Shown piece after piece: positions 19,801-29,209 of a stretch of 64,000 nt of DNA. Position 1 is the first letter of the stretch, and the number at the start of each line of letters is the position of its first letter. The DNA is from Acidobacteriota bacterium. Lineage in GTDB: Bacteria; Acidobacteriota; UBA890; WLXD01. Below the pieces are notes generated by a model. That model worked only from the letters and a program-made list of their open reading frames with translations, was not told the origin of the DNA and made no database searches. The position numbers and the translations under genes are program-made. The stretch covers positions 128,001 to 192,000 of the forward strand of contig CBDBHB010000008.1 of NCBI GenBank assembly GCA_965205505.1. The letters run 5' to 3'.

Positions 19801-19812
19801 TTGCGGGTTAGT

Positions 19813-20315
19813 TCATGCTGCTGAAACCTCTACAGGTGCGCGCAACGGTTCGTACTCGTCTCCACTCAGCCACAGTCGGTGCAGCACAACGGCGAGCTTA
19901 CGGGCGACAGCAACTGCTGCCTTTTTGTTGCCATGAGGACCACCGCGTCCGGCCAGCTTGAGCCCCCAGCGTCTGAGCTCAGTATCGGGCCCGAAGGGGC
20001 CCAGGATGTAATGCGCCGAGCCCACCAACAGGCGTCGGAGCATTTTGTCGCCCGCCTTGGTTATTCGTAGCGCAGGGTCCTTGTCCCCCGACTGCCGTTT
20101 CTTCGGTCTCAGTCCCAGGTACGGGCCCACGGCTCTGGAGGTATTGAACCGCTCCGGCTCCTCGAGCGTCAGCACATACGCCAGTGCGGTCAGAGCTCCG
20201 ACCCCGGCCACTTGCTGGAGCTGCTGTGTCTCCGGGTATCGCCCCTGGCACAGCTGCACGATCTGACGCTCGTATTGCTGGATGTTGCCCGTCAGCATGG
20301 CGATCGTTTCAAGCA
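19813..20315 (-). pseudogene. IS110 recombinase fragment lacking the N-terminal DEDD/RuvC domain
   Basis: VAGVGALTA, ERF, YLGLRPKKRQSG, RITKAGDKMLRRLL, KKAAVAVARKLA; predicted N-terminal codons are MITE-A sequence. Confidence 0.88.
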
Positions 20316-20380
20316 CTCCTTGCCTGCACTTCGCAAGACCCTGTCGCCAGACCCACCACACTTTCACCACGGCCTGCTAG
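20316..20380. repeat. MITE-A terminal fragment at the tsf stop
   Basis: CTCCTTGCCT..CAAGACCCTGTCGCCAGACCCACCACACTTTCACCACGGCCTGCTAG, matches 28721-28785. Confidence 0.9.
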
Positions 20381-21012
20381 TCGGAGCTGACAGCGTTGCT
20401 CACCGCCAAAGTGGCATCTGAATCACCAATCGCCAGCCGTGAGAAACGCCCAACGCGGATGTTCTCTCCAAGCTTCGTGACAGCGTCGGTGATCAGATCG
20501 GTGACCTTCTTGTCGGGCTCTTTGACGAAGCCCTGCTCGAGCAGGCACGTCTCGGCCAGGAACCGGTTGATCTTTCCGTCGACGATCTTGTCGATGATGT
20601 TGTCCGGCTTGCCTTCTGACACCGCCTGCTCACGGTACACCTGCCGTTCGGCTTCCAACGTCGTGGCATCGACCTCGTCGCGACCGATGTGCTTGGGGTT
20701 TGCTGCCGCCACGTGCATGGCCAGGTCGCGGGCGAGGGAAACGAATTCCTCGTTTCGTGCAACGAAGTCAGTCTCGCAGTTGAGCTCGAGCAACACCGCG
20801 ATCTTGCCTCCCATGTGCACGTATGTCTCGATGCGTCCCTCGGTCGCCGCGCGGCCGGCCTTTTTGGCGGCCTTCGCCTTGCCCATGGTGCGGAGAACCT
20901 TGATTGCCTCGTCGATATCTCCGTTCGCTTCCCGCAGCGCCTGCTTGCAATCCATGAAGCCGACGCCGGTGCGCTCTCTTAGTTCCTTGACGAGGATCGC
21001 ACTGATGTCCAT
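20377..21012 (-). CDS. tsf: Elongation factor Ts (short form)
   Basis: VKELRERTGVGFMDCK, ELNCETDFVA. Confidence 0.96.
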   Translation of the reverse strand: MDISAILVKELRERTGVGFMDCKQALREANGDIDEAIKVLRTMGKAKAAKKAGRAATEGRIETYVHMGGKIAVLLELNCETDFVARNEEFVSLARDLAMHVAAANPKHIGRDEVDATTLEAERQVYREQAVSEGKPDNIIDKIVDGKINRFLAETCLLEQGFVKEPDKKVTDLITDAVTKLGENIRVGRFSRLAIGDSDATLAVSNAVSSD

Positions 21013-21091
21013 CTGTTGTCTTCCTCGTGAGCAAAGTACGTGGCAGTCACGGAGGTGTCCGCTCCACCAGCGGTTTGGTAGCAGTTGGGCG

Positions 21092-22509
21092 TCAGGCCTC
21101 GTCGGTCGCCGACGCAGTCTCCGAGTCGGTGTCGGGCTCCTCCAGCGCGACGGCCTCAGCTGTCTTGTCGTCGGCCAGGCCTTCCTCCGCCAACGCAGCC
21201 GCCTCTTCTGCTGCGAGCTCGTCTCCCGCCTCTGCATCGTCGGACGCCGCCGCCTCCGACGAATCCGCTGCCTCGACTACCTCATCTGCGGCCTCAGTGA
21301 CCTCAGTGACCTCAGCGACCTCAGCGACCTCAGCGACCTCCGCGACCTCCGCGACCTCAGCGACCTCAGCGACCTCAGCGACCTCAGCGACCTCAGCGAC
21401 CTCAGCGACCTCAGCGACCTCAGCGACCTCAGCGACCTCAGCGACCTCAGCGACCTCAGCGACCTCAGCGACCTCCGCGACCTCCGCGACCTCCGCGACC
21501 TCCGCGACCTCAGCGACCTCAGCGACCTCAGCGACCTCAGCGACCTCAGCGACCTCAGCGACCTCAGCGACCTCCGCGACCTCCGCGACCTCCGCGACCT
21601 CCGCGACCTCCGCGACCTCCGCGACCTCAGCGCAGCGACCTCAGCGACCTCAGCGACCTCAGCGACCTCAGCGACCTCCGCGACCTCCGCGACCTCGACC
21701 TCCGCGACCTCAGCGACCTCAGCGACCTCAGCGACCTCAGCGACCTCAGCGACCTCAGCGACTTCCGCGACCCCAGCGACTTCCGCGACCTCAGCAGCTT
21801 CGACGACCTCATCGAGGGTGGCCTCATACGTGCCTCGACCCGCCAGGAGTGCATTCGACGCCGCCCCGCAGAACAGTCGGATCGCACGCAGGGCATCGTC
21901 ATTGCCCGGAACGACGAAGTCGATCCCGTCCGGATCGCAATTCGTATCAACGATCGCGACGACCGGGATCCCCAGCTTCAAAGCCTCATCGACCGCTATC
22001 CGCTCGCGCCGGATGTCCATCACGAAGACGACGTCGGGCAGGCCCCCCATGTGCTTGATTCCGACGAGGTTGCGGTCGAGCTTGAAGAGCTCACGCTTGA
22101 GCTTCAGCACCTCCTTCTTGGGCAGAAGATCGAAGCGCCCATCCTCCGCCATCGCCTCGAGATCCTTGTAGCGATCGATGCTCTTGCGGATCGTTTGATA
22201 GTTGGTGAGCAGCCCCCCGAGCCAGCGGTGGTTGACGTAGTACTGACCGCAGCGGGTCGCCTCCTCGGCGATGATCTCCTGAGCCTGACGCTTCGTACCG
22301 ACGAAGAGCACCTTGCCGCCCTGTGCCGCTTCCTGCTCGAGGAAGCTGAGCGCGTCCTTCCACGCCGCCTGGGTCTTCTGCAGGTCGATGATGTAGATAC
22401 CGTTCTTCTTCCCGAAGATGAATGGCTTCATCTTGGGATTCCAGCGCCCGGTCTGATGGCCGAAATGGACCCCGGCCTCGAGCAGCTGCCGCAGCGAAAC
22501 GCCGACCAC
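21092..22509 (-). CDS. rpsB: 30S ribosomal protein S2 with long repeat tail; frameshift near 21630 (as sequenced it stops at 21277)
   Basis: [31 protein letters not shown]; acidic tail resumes in another frame to TGA at 21092. Confidence 0.93.
21292..21795. repeat. 9-bp tandem repeat (GCGACCTCA/C), ~55 units, coding (EVA)n
   Basis: Directly visible; interrupted by a CAGCG duplication at 21628-21637. Confidence 0.97.
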
Positions 22510-22517
22510 GATTCCTC

Positions 22518-22910
22518 CTAACGCTTGCTGAACTGGAACCTGGCGCGCGCACCCTTGAGACCGTACTTCTTGCGCTCCTTCCTGCGAGCGTCACGCGTCA
22601 GCAATCCGTGTTCCTTGAGGGCGGCGCGGAGGCCGGGATCGGAGTCGAGAAGCGCGCGCGCCACACCGTGTCGCACTGCCCCTGCCTGTCCCGACGGCCC
22701 GCCGCCTTTCACCGTAATCAACAAATCGACCTTACCTTCGGCCTCGGTCACCCTTAGCGGCAAGATCACCGCCGCTCGATGCGTTGCAATTGGGAAGTAG
22801 TGTTCGAGCGTCCGTCGATTGACAGTGATCTCTCCGGTGCCCGGGCGCATGAATACCCGCGCGATGGACGACTTCCGCTTGCCAGTTCCGTAGTACCGAA
22901 CCTCTGTCAT
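22518..22910 (-). CDS. rpsI: 30S ribosomal protein S9
   Basis: [30 protein letters not shown]. Confidence 0.97.
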   Translation of the reverse strand: MTEVRYYGTGKRKSSIARVFMRPGTGEITVNRRTLEHYFPIATHRAAVILPLRVTEAEGKVDLLITVKGGGPSGQAGAVRHGVARALLDSDPGLRAALKEHGLLTRDARRKERKKYGLKGARARFQFSKR

Positions 22911-22920
22911 CGTCTCCTCG

Positions 22921-23358
22921 TCAAGCCTTGCCGCCGACGAACTGCTCGGGATGCTGGCTCGCATGCGGATGCTCGGGACCTGCGTACACGCGCAGCTTGC
23001 CGTACATCTGCCGACCCAGCCGGGTCTTCGGGAGCATTCCCTTCACCGCGGCTTCGAGAACTCGCTCGGGATGCGTCTCCAGGATGCGTCGTGCGTTGGT
23101 TTCCTTCAGGCCTCCCGGATAACCGCTGTAACGGTAGTACTTCTTGTCATCGAGCTTGTTGCCCGTCAAGACGATCTTCTCGGCATTCACCACCACGACG
23201 TGGTCACCGCAATCCAGAAAAGGTGTGTAGATCGCCTTGTGCTTCCCCATCAGCAGGCGGGCGATCGTCGTGGACAGACGGCCCAGCACCTGGCCTTCAG
23301 CATCGATTGACCACCAACGACGCTCGATGTCCTTGGCGGATGGGTATGGCGTACTCAT
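22921..23358 (-). CDS. rplM: 50S ribosomal protein L13
   Basis: [34 protein letters not shown]. Confidence 0.97.
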   Translation of the reverse strand: MSTPYPSAKDIERRWWSIDAEGQVLGRLSTTIARLLMGKHKAIYTPFLDCGDHVVVVNAEKIVLTGNKLDDKKYYRYSGYPGGLKETNARRILETHPERVLEAAVKGMLPKTRLGRQMYGKLRVYAGPEHPHASQHPEQFVGGKA

Positions 23359-23442
23359 CGACTCAACCTTGTCTTGCGGGCTCGACCACCGGCGTGAGCT
23401 TCGCGGTACCCCGCGTCTCGTTGCTCGGCTGCGGCAGCATCC

Positions 23443-25539
23443 CTAGACCTCGACAGAAGCACGCTCGGCCTCGGTCAGCGCCTTCAGCGACAGCCGAATG
23501 CGATTCGGAGCCTCAATCTTGACCACCTTGACCGTAAGCTCCTGCCCTTCACTCACATGCTCACGCATATCATCGACGTGATGCTCTGCAACTTCGGAAA
23601 TGTGCAGCAAGCCGTCTGTTCCCGGCAGGATCTCGACGAACGCACCGAAATCCTTGATCGAGCGCACCTTACCGCGATACACCTTGCCGACCTCGGCCTC
23701 CTGTGTGAGGTCCGAGATCATCTTCTGGGCAGCCGCACAGGCATCGGAGTCCGGTGACGCGATCTGCACGGTGCCGTCGTCCTCGACGTTGATCTTGCAA
23801 CCCGTGTCCTCCTGCATCTGCCGAATGATGCGCCCACCCGGGCCGATGATGTCGCGGATACGATCGACCGGGATCTTCACGCTTATGATCTTCGGTGCCC
23901 AGCGACTAGTTTCGGCGCGCGGCGCCGCCAGCGCCTCACTCATCGTCTTCAAGATGTGTATGCGGTTCTGTCGCGCTTGCTCGAGCGCCTGCTCCAAGAT
24001 CTCCCTCGACAAACCGGAGACCTTGATGTCCATCTGCAGCGCGGTGATACCGCGTGGCGTACCCGCCACCTTGAAGTCCATGTCTCCGTAGTGGTCTTCC
24101 TCGCCGGCGATGTCGGACAGGATGACGACGGTGTCCTCGTCCTTCATGAGGCCCATTGCGATCCCTGCCACGGGCGCGCGGATCGGCACCCCGGCGTCCA
24201 TCAGCGATAGCGTGGCGCCACATATCGTGGCCATCGATGATGACCCGTTCGACTCGAAAATCTCCGATACGGTCCGCAATACGTAAGGCCAGTCGTCGTC
24301 CGTCGGCAAGACCGGTTCGATGGCCCGCTCGGCAAGATTTCCATGGCCGATCTCGCGACGACCCGGGCCACGCATGAAGCGCGCCTCACCAACGGAGAAC
24401 GGCGGGAAGTTGTAGTGGAGCATGAAGCGCTTCCAGAATTCGCCGTCATATCCCTCGACCTTGCGGGCATCGTCCGTCGTGCCGAGGGTCGTGGTAACAA
24501 AGGCCTGCGTCTCACCGCGCGTAAACAACGCCGAGCCATGGGCGCGTGGTGAGTAGCCCACCTCGCACCGAATCGGTCGGACCTCATCAAAGGTTCTACC
24601 GTCGAAGCGCTTGCCCTCAGTCAGCGCCGAGTGGCGCGTAGCACGCTTCACCAGCTCCGAGATGGCCTCGCCAGCATCGGCGGACCAATCGGCGTTCTCC
24701 TCGGCGATGGCGTCCTTGATCTCGTTCTTGATCTCCCCCATCCGGTCCCGGCGCTCGATCTTGTCGGCGATCGTCAGGGCCTCGCGGATCCCATCGCCAC
24801 CGATCTCCTCGACGCGCGTGCACAGATCCGCGTCGAGCACGGCCGGCTCAAAGACGAATTTCTCCACGCCGAGCTGCTCGCGGACACGCTCCTGTAGATC
24901 GATATAAGCCTCGACATACGGCTGCGCAAACTCGAACGCCCCGATGACCTCGGCTTCACTGACCTCGTCGGCGCTAGCCTCGACCATCATCACCGCGTCG
25001 CGGCGCGCGCAAAGGATGAGATCGAGGCAGCTGTTGTCCAACTGCGTCGAGGTGGGATTGAGCAGGTAGCCGTCCTCGTCGAGCCCGACGCGGAAGGCCG
25101 CGAACGGTGTATCGAACGGGATGCGCGAGCAATTCAGCGCCATCGACGCGCCCATCTTGGCCAAGATCGCCGGATCGTTCTCGCCGTCGGCCGAAAGCAC
25201 CATCCCGATCACCTGCGTCTCGTACCGATACCCTTTCGGGAACAGTGGACGGATGCTGCGATCGATCATGCGAGAGGTGAGGATCTCCTTGTCTGCAGGC
25301 CGCCCTTCACGCTTGAAAAAGCCCCCTGGAATACGGCCCCCAGCATACGTCCACTCACGATAGTCGACCGTAAGCGGCAGAAACGATGCGGCTTTCGGCT
25401 TGCGGTCCATTACCGCGGTGACCAGCACCTTGGTGTCACCACAGGACACCACCACGGAGCCATCCGCCTGGCGAGCCACATGGCCGAGCTCGAACTCGAT
25501 TGTCTGGCCATTTAGCTCGATCTTCTCTTGCACGATCAT
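23443..25539 (-). CDS. pnp: Polyribonucleotide nucleotidyltransferase
   Basis: GFFKREGRP, HGSALFTRGETQ, ESNGSSSMA, GDMDFKVAG, KH and S1 domains. Confidence 0.97.
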   Translation of the reverse strand: MIVQEKIELNGQTIEFELGHVARQADGSVVVSCGDTKVLVTAVMDRKPKAASFLPLTVDYREWTYAGGRIPGGFFKREGRPADKEILTSRMIDRSIRPLFPKGYRYETQVIGMVLSADGENDPAILAKMGASMALNCSRIPFDTPFAAFRVGLDEDGYLLNPTSTQLDNSCLDLILCARRDAVMMVEASADEVSEAEVIGAFEFAQPYVEAYIDLQERVREQLGVEKFVFEPAVLDADLCTRVEEIGGDGIREALTIADKIERRDRMGEIKNEIKDAIAEENADWSADAGEAISELVKRATRHSALTEGKRFDGRTFDEVRPIRCEVGYSPRAHGSALFTRGETQAFVTTTLGTTDDARKVEGYDGEFWKRFMLHYNFPPFSVGEARFMRGPGRREIGHGNLAERAIEPVLPTDDDWPYVLRTVSEIFESNGSSSMATICGATLSLMDAGVPIRAPVAGIAMGLMKDEDTVVILSDIAGEEDHYGDMDFKVAGTPRGITALQMDIKVSGLSREILEQALEQARQNRIHILKTMSEALAAPRAETSRWAPKIISVKIPVDRIRDIIGPGGRIIRQMQEDTGCKINVEDDGTVQIASPDSDACAAAQKMISDLTQEAEVGKVYRGKVRSIKDFGAFVEILPGTDGLLHISEVAEHHVDDMREHVSEGQELTVKVVKIEAPNRIRLSLKALTEAERASVEV

Positions 25540-25730
25540 CTAGTGTCTTCCTCCAAGCCGCACAGCGACCTCGGTACAGGCGAGCGAGCGCGCAGCTTGG
25601 TTACACGATCAGGGGTGGGGTGGAGTGTGCTTCCCCGAGGTGTGTTCCCAGCAGGCTTCGAAGTTCCCCTTCGCCGCGCCCGCGTTCCGCTTCTTTTCTT
25701 ACCCCGTTTCCTTCCGCAGCAGGCGCACGA

Positions 25731-25991
25731 CTAGTGTCGCAATCCTAGCCTCTTTATTAGATTCTGGTACCGTGCCACATCTACGCGCCGCAGGTAATCA
25801 AGCAGGCGGCGACGCTTGCCGACGAGCATCTGCAACCCGCGCTGGGTCGCATAGTCGCTCCGGTTGGCCTTCATGTGTTCCGTGAGGTGCCGGACGCGCG
25901 AGCTTAGCTGCGCGATTTGAACCTCTGACGACCCCGTGTCCGCCGGGTGCTGCCGGTACTCGTCGATCGCTATCTCCGCTTGATTCATCAT
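25731..25991 (-). CDS. rpsO: 30S ribosomal protein S15
   Basis: DTGSSEVQIA, LVGKRRRLLDYL, LGLR. Confidence 0.96.
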   Translation of the reverse strand: MMNQAEIAIDEYRQHPADTGSSEVQIAQLSSRVRHLTEHMKANRSDYATQRGLQMLVGKRRRLLDYLRRVDVARYQNLIKRLGLRH

Positions 25992-26147
25992 CCTCTTCGC
26001 GTAACTCGCTATCTACCGTGTTCATGGGTTTGCCAAGGCACACAAGGTTCACAGGCGTCCGGACGCACGAGCGCCAGGCAGGCGGCAACGGTAGCATGGG
26101 GCCTGTTGGCTGTAAACGCGCCGCAGGCGCCAGGGAGCGGCAGCGCG

Positions 26148-26239
26148 TCGTCAACGATGGGTCACCATCGCCTTCTCCTTGCCTTCGCCTCCCAAGACCC
26201 TGTCGCCAGACCCACCACACTTCCACCACGGCCTGCTAG
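26148..26239. repeat. MITE-A terminal fragment at the truB stop
   Basis: ~90 bp homologous to 28686-28785, including the CGATGG..CCATCG hairpin and ..CCACGGCCTGCTAG. Confidence 0.9.
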
Positions 26240-27159
26240 AGCAGCACGATGCGCGGTTGCAGCATCCCCCCGGGAAGCAGCTCCGCCGCGGCCAGTAGAT
26301 GCGCTTCCGGATCCATCACTCGCACCCAGCCTCCGCGGCTCCGCGACGGTGCCGAGCCGTCAGCCGGAACGCGCTCGACGATGCAATGAGGCTCTAACAC
26401 CCCGCCGTGGCGAAGGACGTCGACGCCCACCCGATCTACCACCACGCCGGGCCACTCTTGCACCATGGCGGCCGCCGGCAAAATGCCGGCCTCGATGTCC
26501 TCGACCGGGCCGCTGGCCAAGATCTCCCAGCTCAGCGCCCCCGACAGATCGAACCGTCCGATTCGCAAGCGGCGCAGCGAAGCAAGGTGCGCCGGACACC
26601 CCACCGCCACCCCGATGTCGTGCGCCAGGGTACGCACATACGTGCCCGATCCGCAGTGCACGCGCAACTTCAGGACGTCGGCATCGTGATCGATCAGATC
26701 AATGGAGTAAACACGCACGGGCACCGGCTCGTGAACGACCACTTCTCCACGCCGAGCCCGCTTGTAGGCCGGCTGACCGCGAATCTTCTTGGCCGAATAA
26801 ACAGGCGGAACCTGCTGGATCTCGCCGACGAATGACTCCAGGATCTCTGCCAGTCGTTGCGGCTCTATGGCCGGCACAGGAATGCGACTGCCTACCATCT
26901 CGCCTTCGGAGTCGTAGGTATCCGTGGCCCAACCGAGCCGAATGCCGCATTCGTACAGCTTGTCCTGGCTTTGCAGAAACCTCGCCAACCGCGTCGCACG
27001 GCCCAAGCACAGGATCAACACACCAGTTGCCTGTGGATCGAGCGTCCCGGTGTGCCCAACGCGGCACCGGAGCCGTTGTCGCACCTTGGCAACGACGTCG
27101 TGGGACGTCACGGCGGGAGGCTTGTCGGCCACCAGCATGCCGGCCAGCTTGTTGTTCAA
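26236..27159 (-). CDS. truB: tRNA pseudouridine55 synthase
   Basis: DKP..TSHDVV, GHTGTLDP, PPVYSAKK, CGSGTYVRTL. Confidence 0.96.
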   Translation of the reverse strand: MNNKLAGMLVADKPPAVTSHDVVAKVRQRLRCRVGHTGTLDPQATGVLILCLGRATRLARFLQSQDKLYECGIRLGWATDTYDSEGEMVGSRIPVPAIEPQRLAEILESFVGEIQQVPPVYSAKKIRGQPAYKRARRGEVVVHEPVPVRVYSIDLIDHDADVLKLRVHCGSGTYVRTLAHDIGVAVGCPAHLASLRRLRIGRFDLSGALSWEILASGPVEDIEAGILPAAAMVQEWPGVVVDRVGVDVLRHGGVLEPHCIVERVPADGSAPSRSRGGWVRVMDPEAHLLAAAELLPGGMLQPRIVLL

Positions 27160-28130
27160 CCGACTACGCCTCGTGATCGCTTGGACCTGATCTTCGTCAT
27201 GATGCTCGCACGCACCTCCTCGAGCGAGCCATCGAGCTGGCAGCCGGCGGCGCGCGGATGGCCGCCGCCCCCATAGGACGCGGCGAGCTCGGCAACGTCT
27301 ACGCTCCCATCGGAGCGTAGGCTGACCCGGAAACGATCGCGGGCGACCTCCTTGAAGAGCAGCGAGACTCCGACGCCGGCGATCGCTTGCGCCTGATTGA
27401 TCAGCCCCTCGGTATCACCGCCGCCCCGACGCGCGAAATCACGACGCCAGAGCACCATCCAGGCAACGTAGCCATGTTCCTCCAACTTCAGCGTCGCGAG
27501 CGCGTCGGCAAGGAGGTAGACGCGCGCCGCCGGCACGTTGCCGTACACCGCCTCCGCGATCGCAGACGCGTCGGCGCCCAAGCTGACCATGTCGGCAGCA
27601 AACTGGAGGGCTGCCGCGTCGGTATTGGAATGGTGGAACGAACCAGTATCGGTAAGCACCGCGACGTACAGCAGAGTGGCTATTGAGGGTGTGATCTCGG
27701 CTCCCAAGGGCTCGGCTAGACGCGCCACCATCATGCTGGTAGCGGCGACCTGCGGATCGATCCAGTTCACGTTGGCGAACATTGCGTTCTGACTGTGATG
27801 ATCGATGTTCAGCGACTCGATTCGATCGAGCCCCGAGACCCCGGCACGAGCAAAATCCGAGCACTCGACCAGAATGCTAGCGCGAGCCCGGCGCGACACC
27901 GCATCGAGCGACTGTACTCGGGAGCACTCCGGCAACCAGCCAAACCGCTGAGGGAATGGCTGCTGGATCACCACCTCTGACCGCTTACCGACCTGATCGA
28001 GCATGAGCGACAGGCCGAGCGATGAGCCCAGCGAATCGCCGTCTGGATCGGTGTGCGAGGCGATGACAAAATCGTCGCGTCGGTCGATCCACCGGACTGC
28101 CCGGTCTATTCCGTCACCCGTCGGCGGCAT
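27156..28130 (-). CDS. DHH/DHHA1 nanoRNase/pAp phosphatase (NrnA-like)
   Basis: HTDPDGD, NIDHH, TDTGSF, SLRS, GGGGHPRAAG. Confidence 0.9.
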   Translation of the reverse strand: MPPTGDGIDRAVRWIDRRDDFVIASHTDPDGDSLGSSLGLSLMLDQVGKRSEVVIQQPFPQRFGWLPECSRVQSLDAVSRRARASILVECSDFARAGVSGLDRIESLNIDHHSQNAMFANVNWIDPQVAATSMMVARLAEPLGAEITPSIATLLYVAVLTDTGSFHHSNTDAAALQFAADMVSLGADASAIAEAVYGNVPAARVYLLADALATLKLEEHGYVAWMVLWRRDFARRGGGDTEGLINQAQAIAGVGVSLLFKEVARDRFRVSLRSDGSVDVAELAASYGGGGHPRAAGCQLDGSLEEVRASIMTKIRSKRSRGVVG

Positions 28131-28491
28131 CCGTCCCACCTTCCTCCGGCTCCTGCGGCGCACCCTGACGGATCAGCTCATCGATTCGATCGCCGTGATC
28201 GAGGGTACGGTCGACCTCGAAATGCAACTCGGGTGTTCGACGCAGCTGTACCCGTCGCCCGACCTCCCTGCGGAGGAAACCGCTCGCCCGAGTCAGGCTT
28301 TGCATCGACTTCGTTTCCGCATCGGCGTCGCCGAGCACGCTGATGAATACACGGGCGTGACACAGGTCAGCGCTCATGCGTACCTCGGTCACTGTGACGA
28401 AGCCCAGCCCTGGATCCTTGACCTCGTTCAACAACAGGTCAGCCAGCGCTGCCCGCAGGCTGTCTCCAACACGTCGTGGTCGATGCCGCAT
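28114..28491 (-). CDS. rbfA: Ribosome-binding factor A
   Basis: VKDP..VTVTEVRMSADL..ARVF, LRRTPELHF. Confidence 0.95.
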   Translation of the reverse strand: MRHRPRRVGDSLRAALADLLLNEVKDPGLGFVTVTEVRMSADLCHARVFISVLGDADAETKSMQSLTRASGFLRREVGRRVQLRRTPELHFEVDRTLDHGDRIDELIRQGAPQEPEEGGTDAADG

Positions 28492-28510
28492 CGTTCGGTT
28501 CCTTGCCTAG

Positions 28511-28781
28511 CAGGCCGTTGTGAAAGTGTGGCGGGCCTGGTTACGGCGAGTTGGGGCCAGATGCAAGGCGGCCTGACGCAGGCGATGCCCTAGCCATCGT
28601 CCAGGAGGGCCAACGCCGCAGATGGCCCCAAATCGCCGTAACCCTCCGGGCGATAGGGGGTTGCGCGCGTATGCTGCGTCGTTCCTCGTCAACGATGGGG
28701 TAACCATCGCCTCCTCCTTTCTCCTTGCCTCCCCCTCGCAAGACCCTGTCGCCAGGCCCGCCAAACTTCCACCACGGCCTG
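28511..28781. mobile_element. MITE-A, complete 271-bp copy with CTAG target duplication
   Basis: CTAG at 28507-10 and 28782-85; 30-bp TIR CAGGCCGTTGTGAAAGTGTGGCGGGCCTGG / CAGGCCGTGGTGGAAGTTTGGCGGGCCTGG (27/30); no transposase. Confidence 0.9.
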
Positions 28782-28867
28782 CTAGCACGCCGTTGTGGAA
28801 GCCCGGCTGCGAGATATTCAGCCCGGTATTACGCCGTTACCCGCCACGAGCGCAAGCGTCAGCGCGC

Positions 28868-29146
28868 CTACAGGTACTCGATGCGATGGCGCAGCAACTG
28901 GGCGTCGTGGGCCTCAGCCTCGCGAACGACACGTTCAAACAACCCCTCCAGGGGGCGCTGCGATGCCGATATCGACGCCACTGCTACGCCAGCTCGCTGC
29001 CGCAAATCCTGATGCTCCACCTCGGCGACCGCAACGTTGAAGCGAGCCTTCAGCCGCCCTTTCAGACGGTTGAGAAACATGCGCTTTTCCTTGAGGCTCC
29101 TGCAGCCTGCGAGATGAAACTCAAGGCTGCAGACCCCGATGATCAT
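28868..29146 (-). CDS. DUF503 (YlxP-like) protein
   Basis: SLKEKR, RFNVAVAEV..QD; between infB and rbfA. Confidence 0.9.
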   Translation of the reverse strand: MIIGVCSLEFHLAGCRSLKEKRMFLNRLKGRLKARFNVAVAEVEHQDLRQRAGVAVASISASQRPLEGLFERVVREAEAHDAQLLRHRIEYL

Positions 29147-29209
29147 GACTTGGCCTCACCACCGCTCGGCGCCGGGAGAGCCAGTCCGATCGACGTCAGG
29201 GCGGGACGT

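Larger units (their letters stand above)
19551..20315 (-). mobile_element. IS110/IS1111-family element, 5'-truncated
   Basis: Transposase C-terminal half followed by ~260 bp structured non-coding end with TTGACC near the terminus. Confidence 0.82.

Noticed and set aside
21292-21795. Possible CRISPR array
   Set aside because: Contiguous 9-bp units with no unique spacers, inside rpsB.
20396-22171. Long plus-strand ORFs (591 aa and 343 aa) with SDL/SAT repeats
   Set aside because: Antisense shadows of tsf/rpsB kept open by the repeat and high GC.
25540-25730. ncRNA or tRNA in the rpsO-pnp spacer
   Set aside because: Purine/pyrimidine-biased, but I could not recognise a cloverleaf or known motif by eye.
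25798-26229. ORFs starting MVEVWWVWRQG / MVKVWWVWRQG / MVEVCRAW as a protein family
   Set aside because: The shared N-termini are translations of the MITE-A TIR, not genes.
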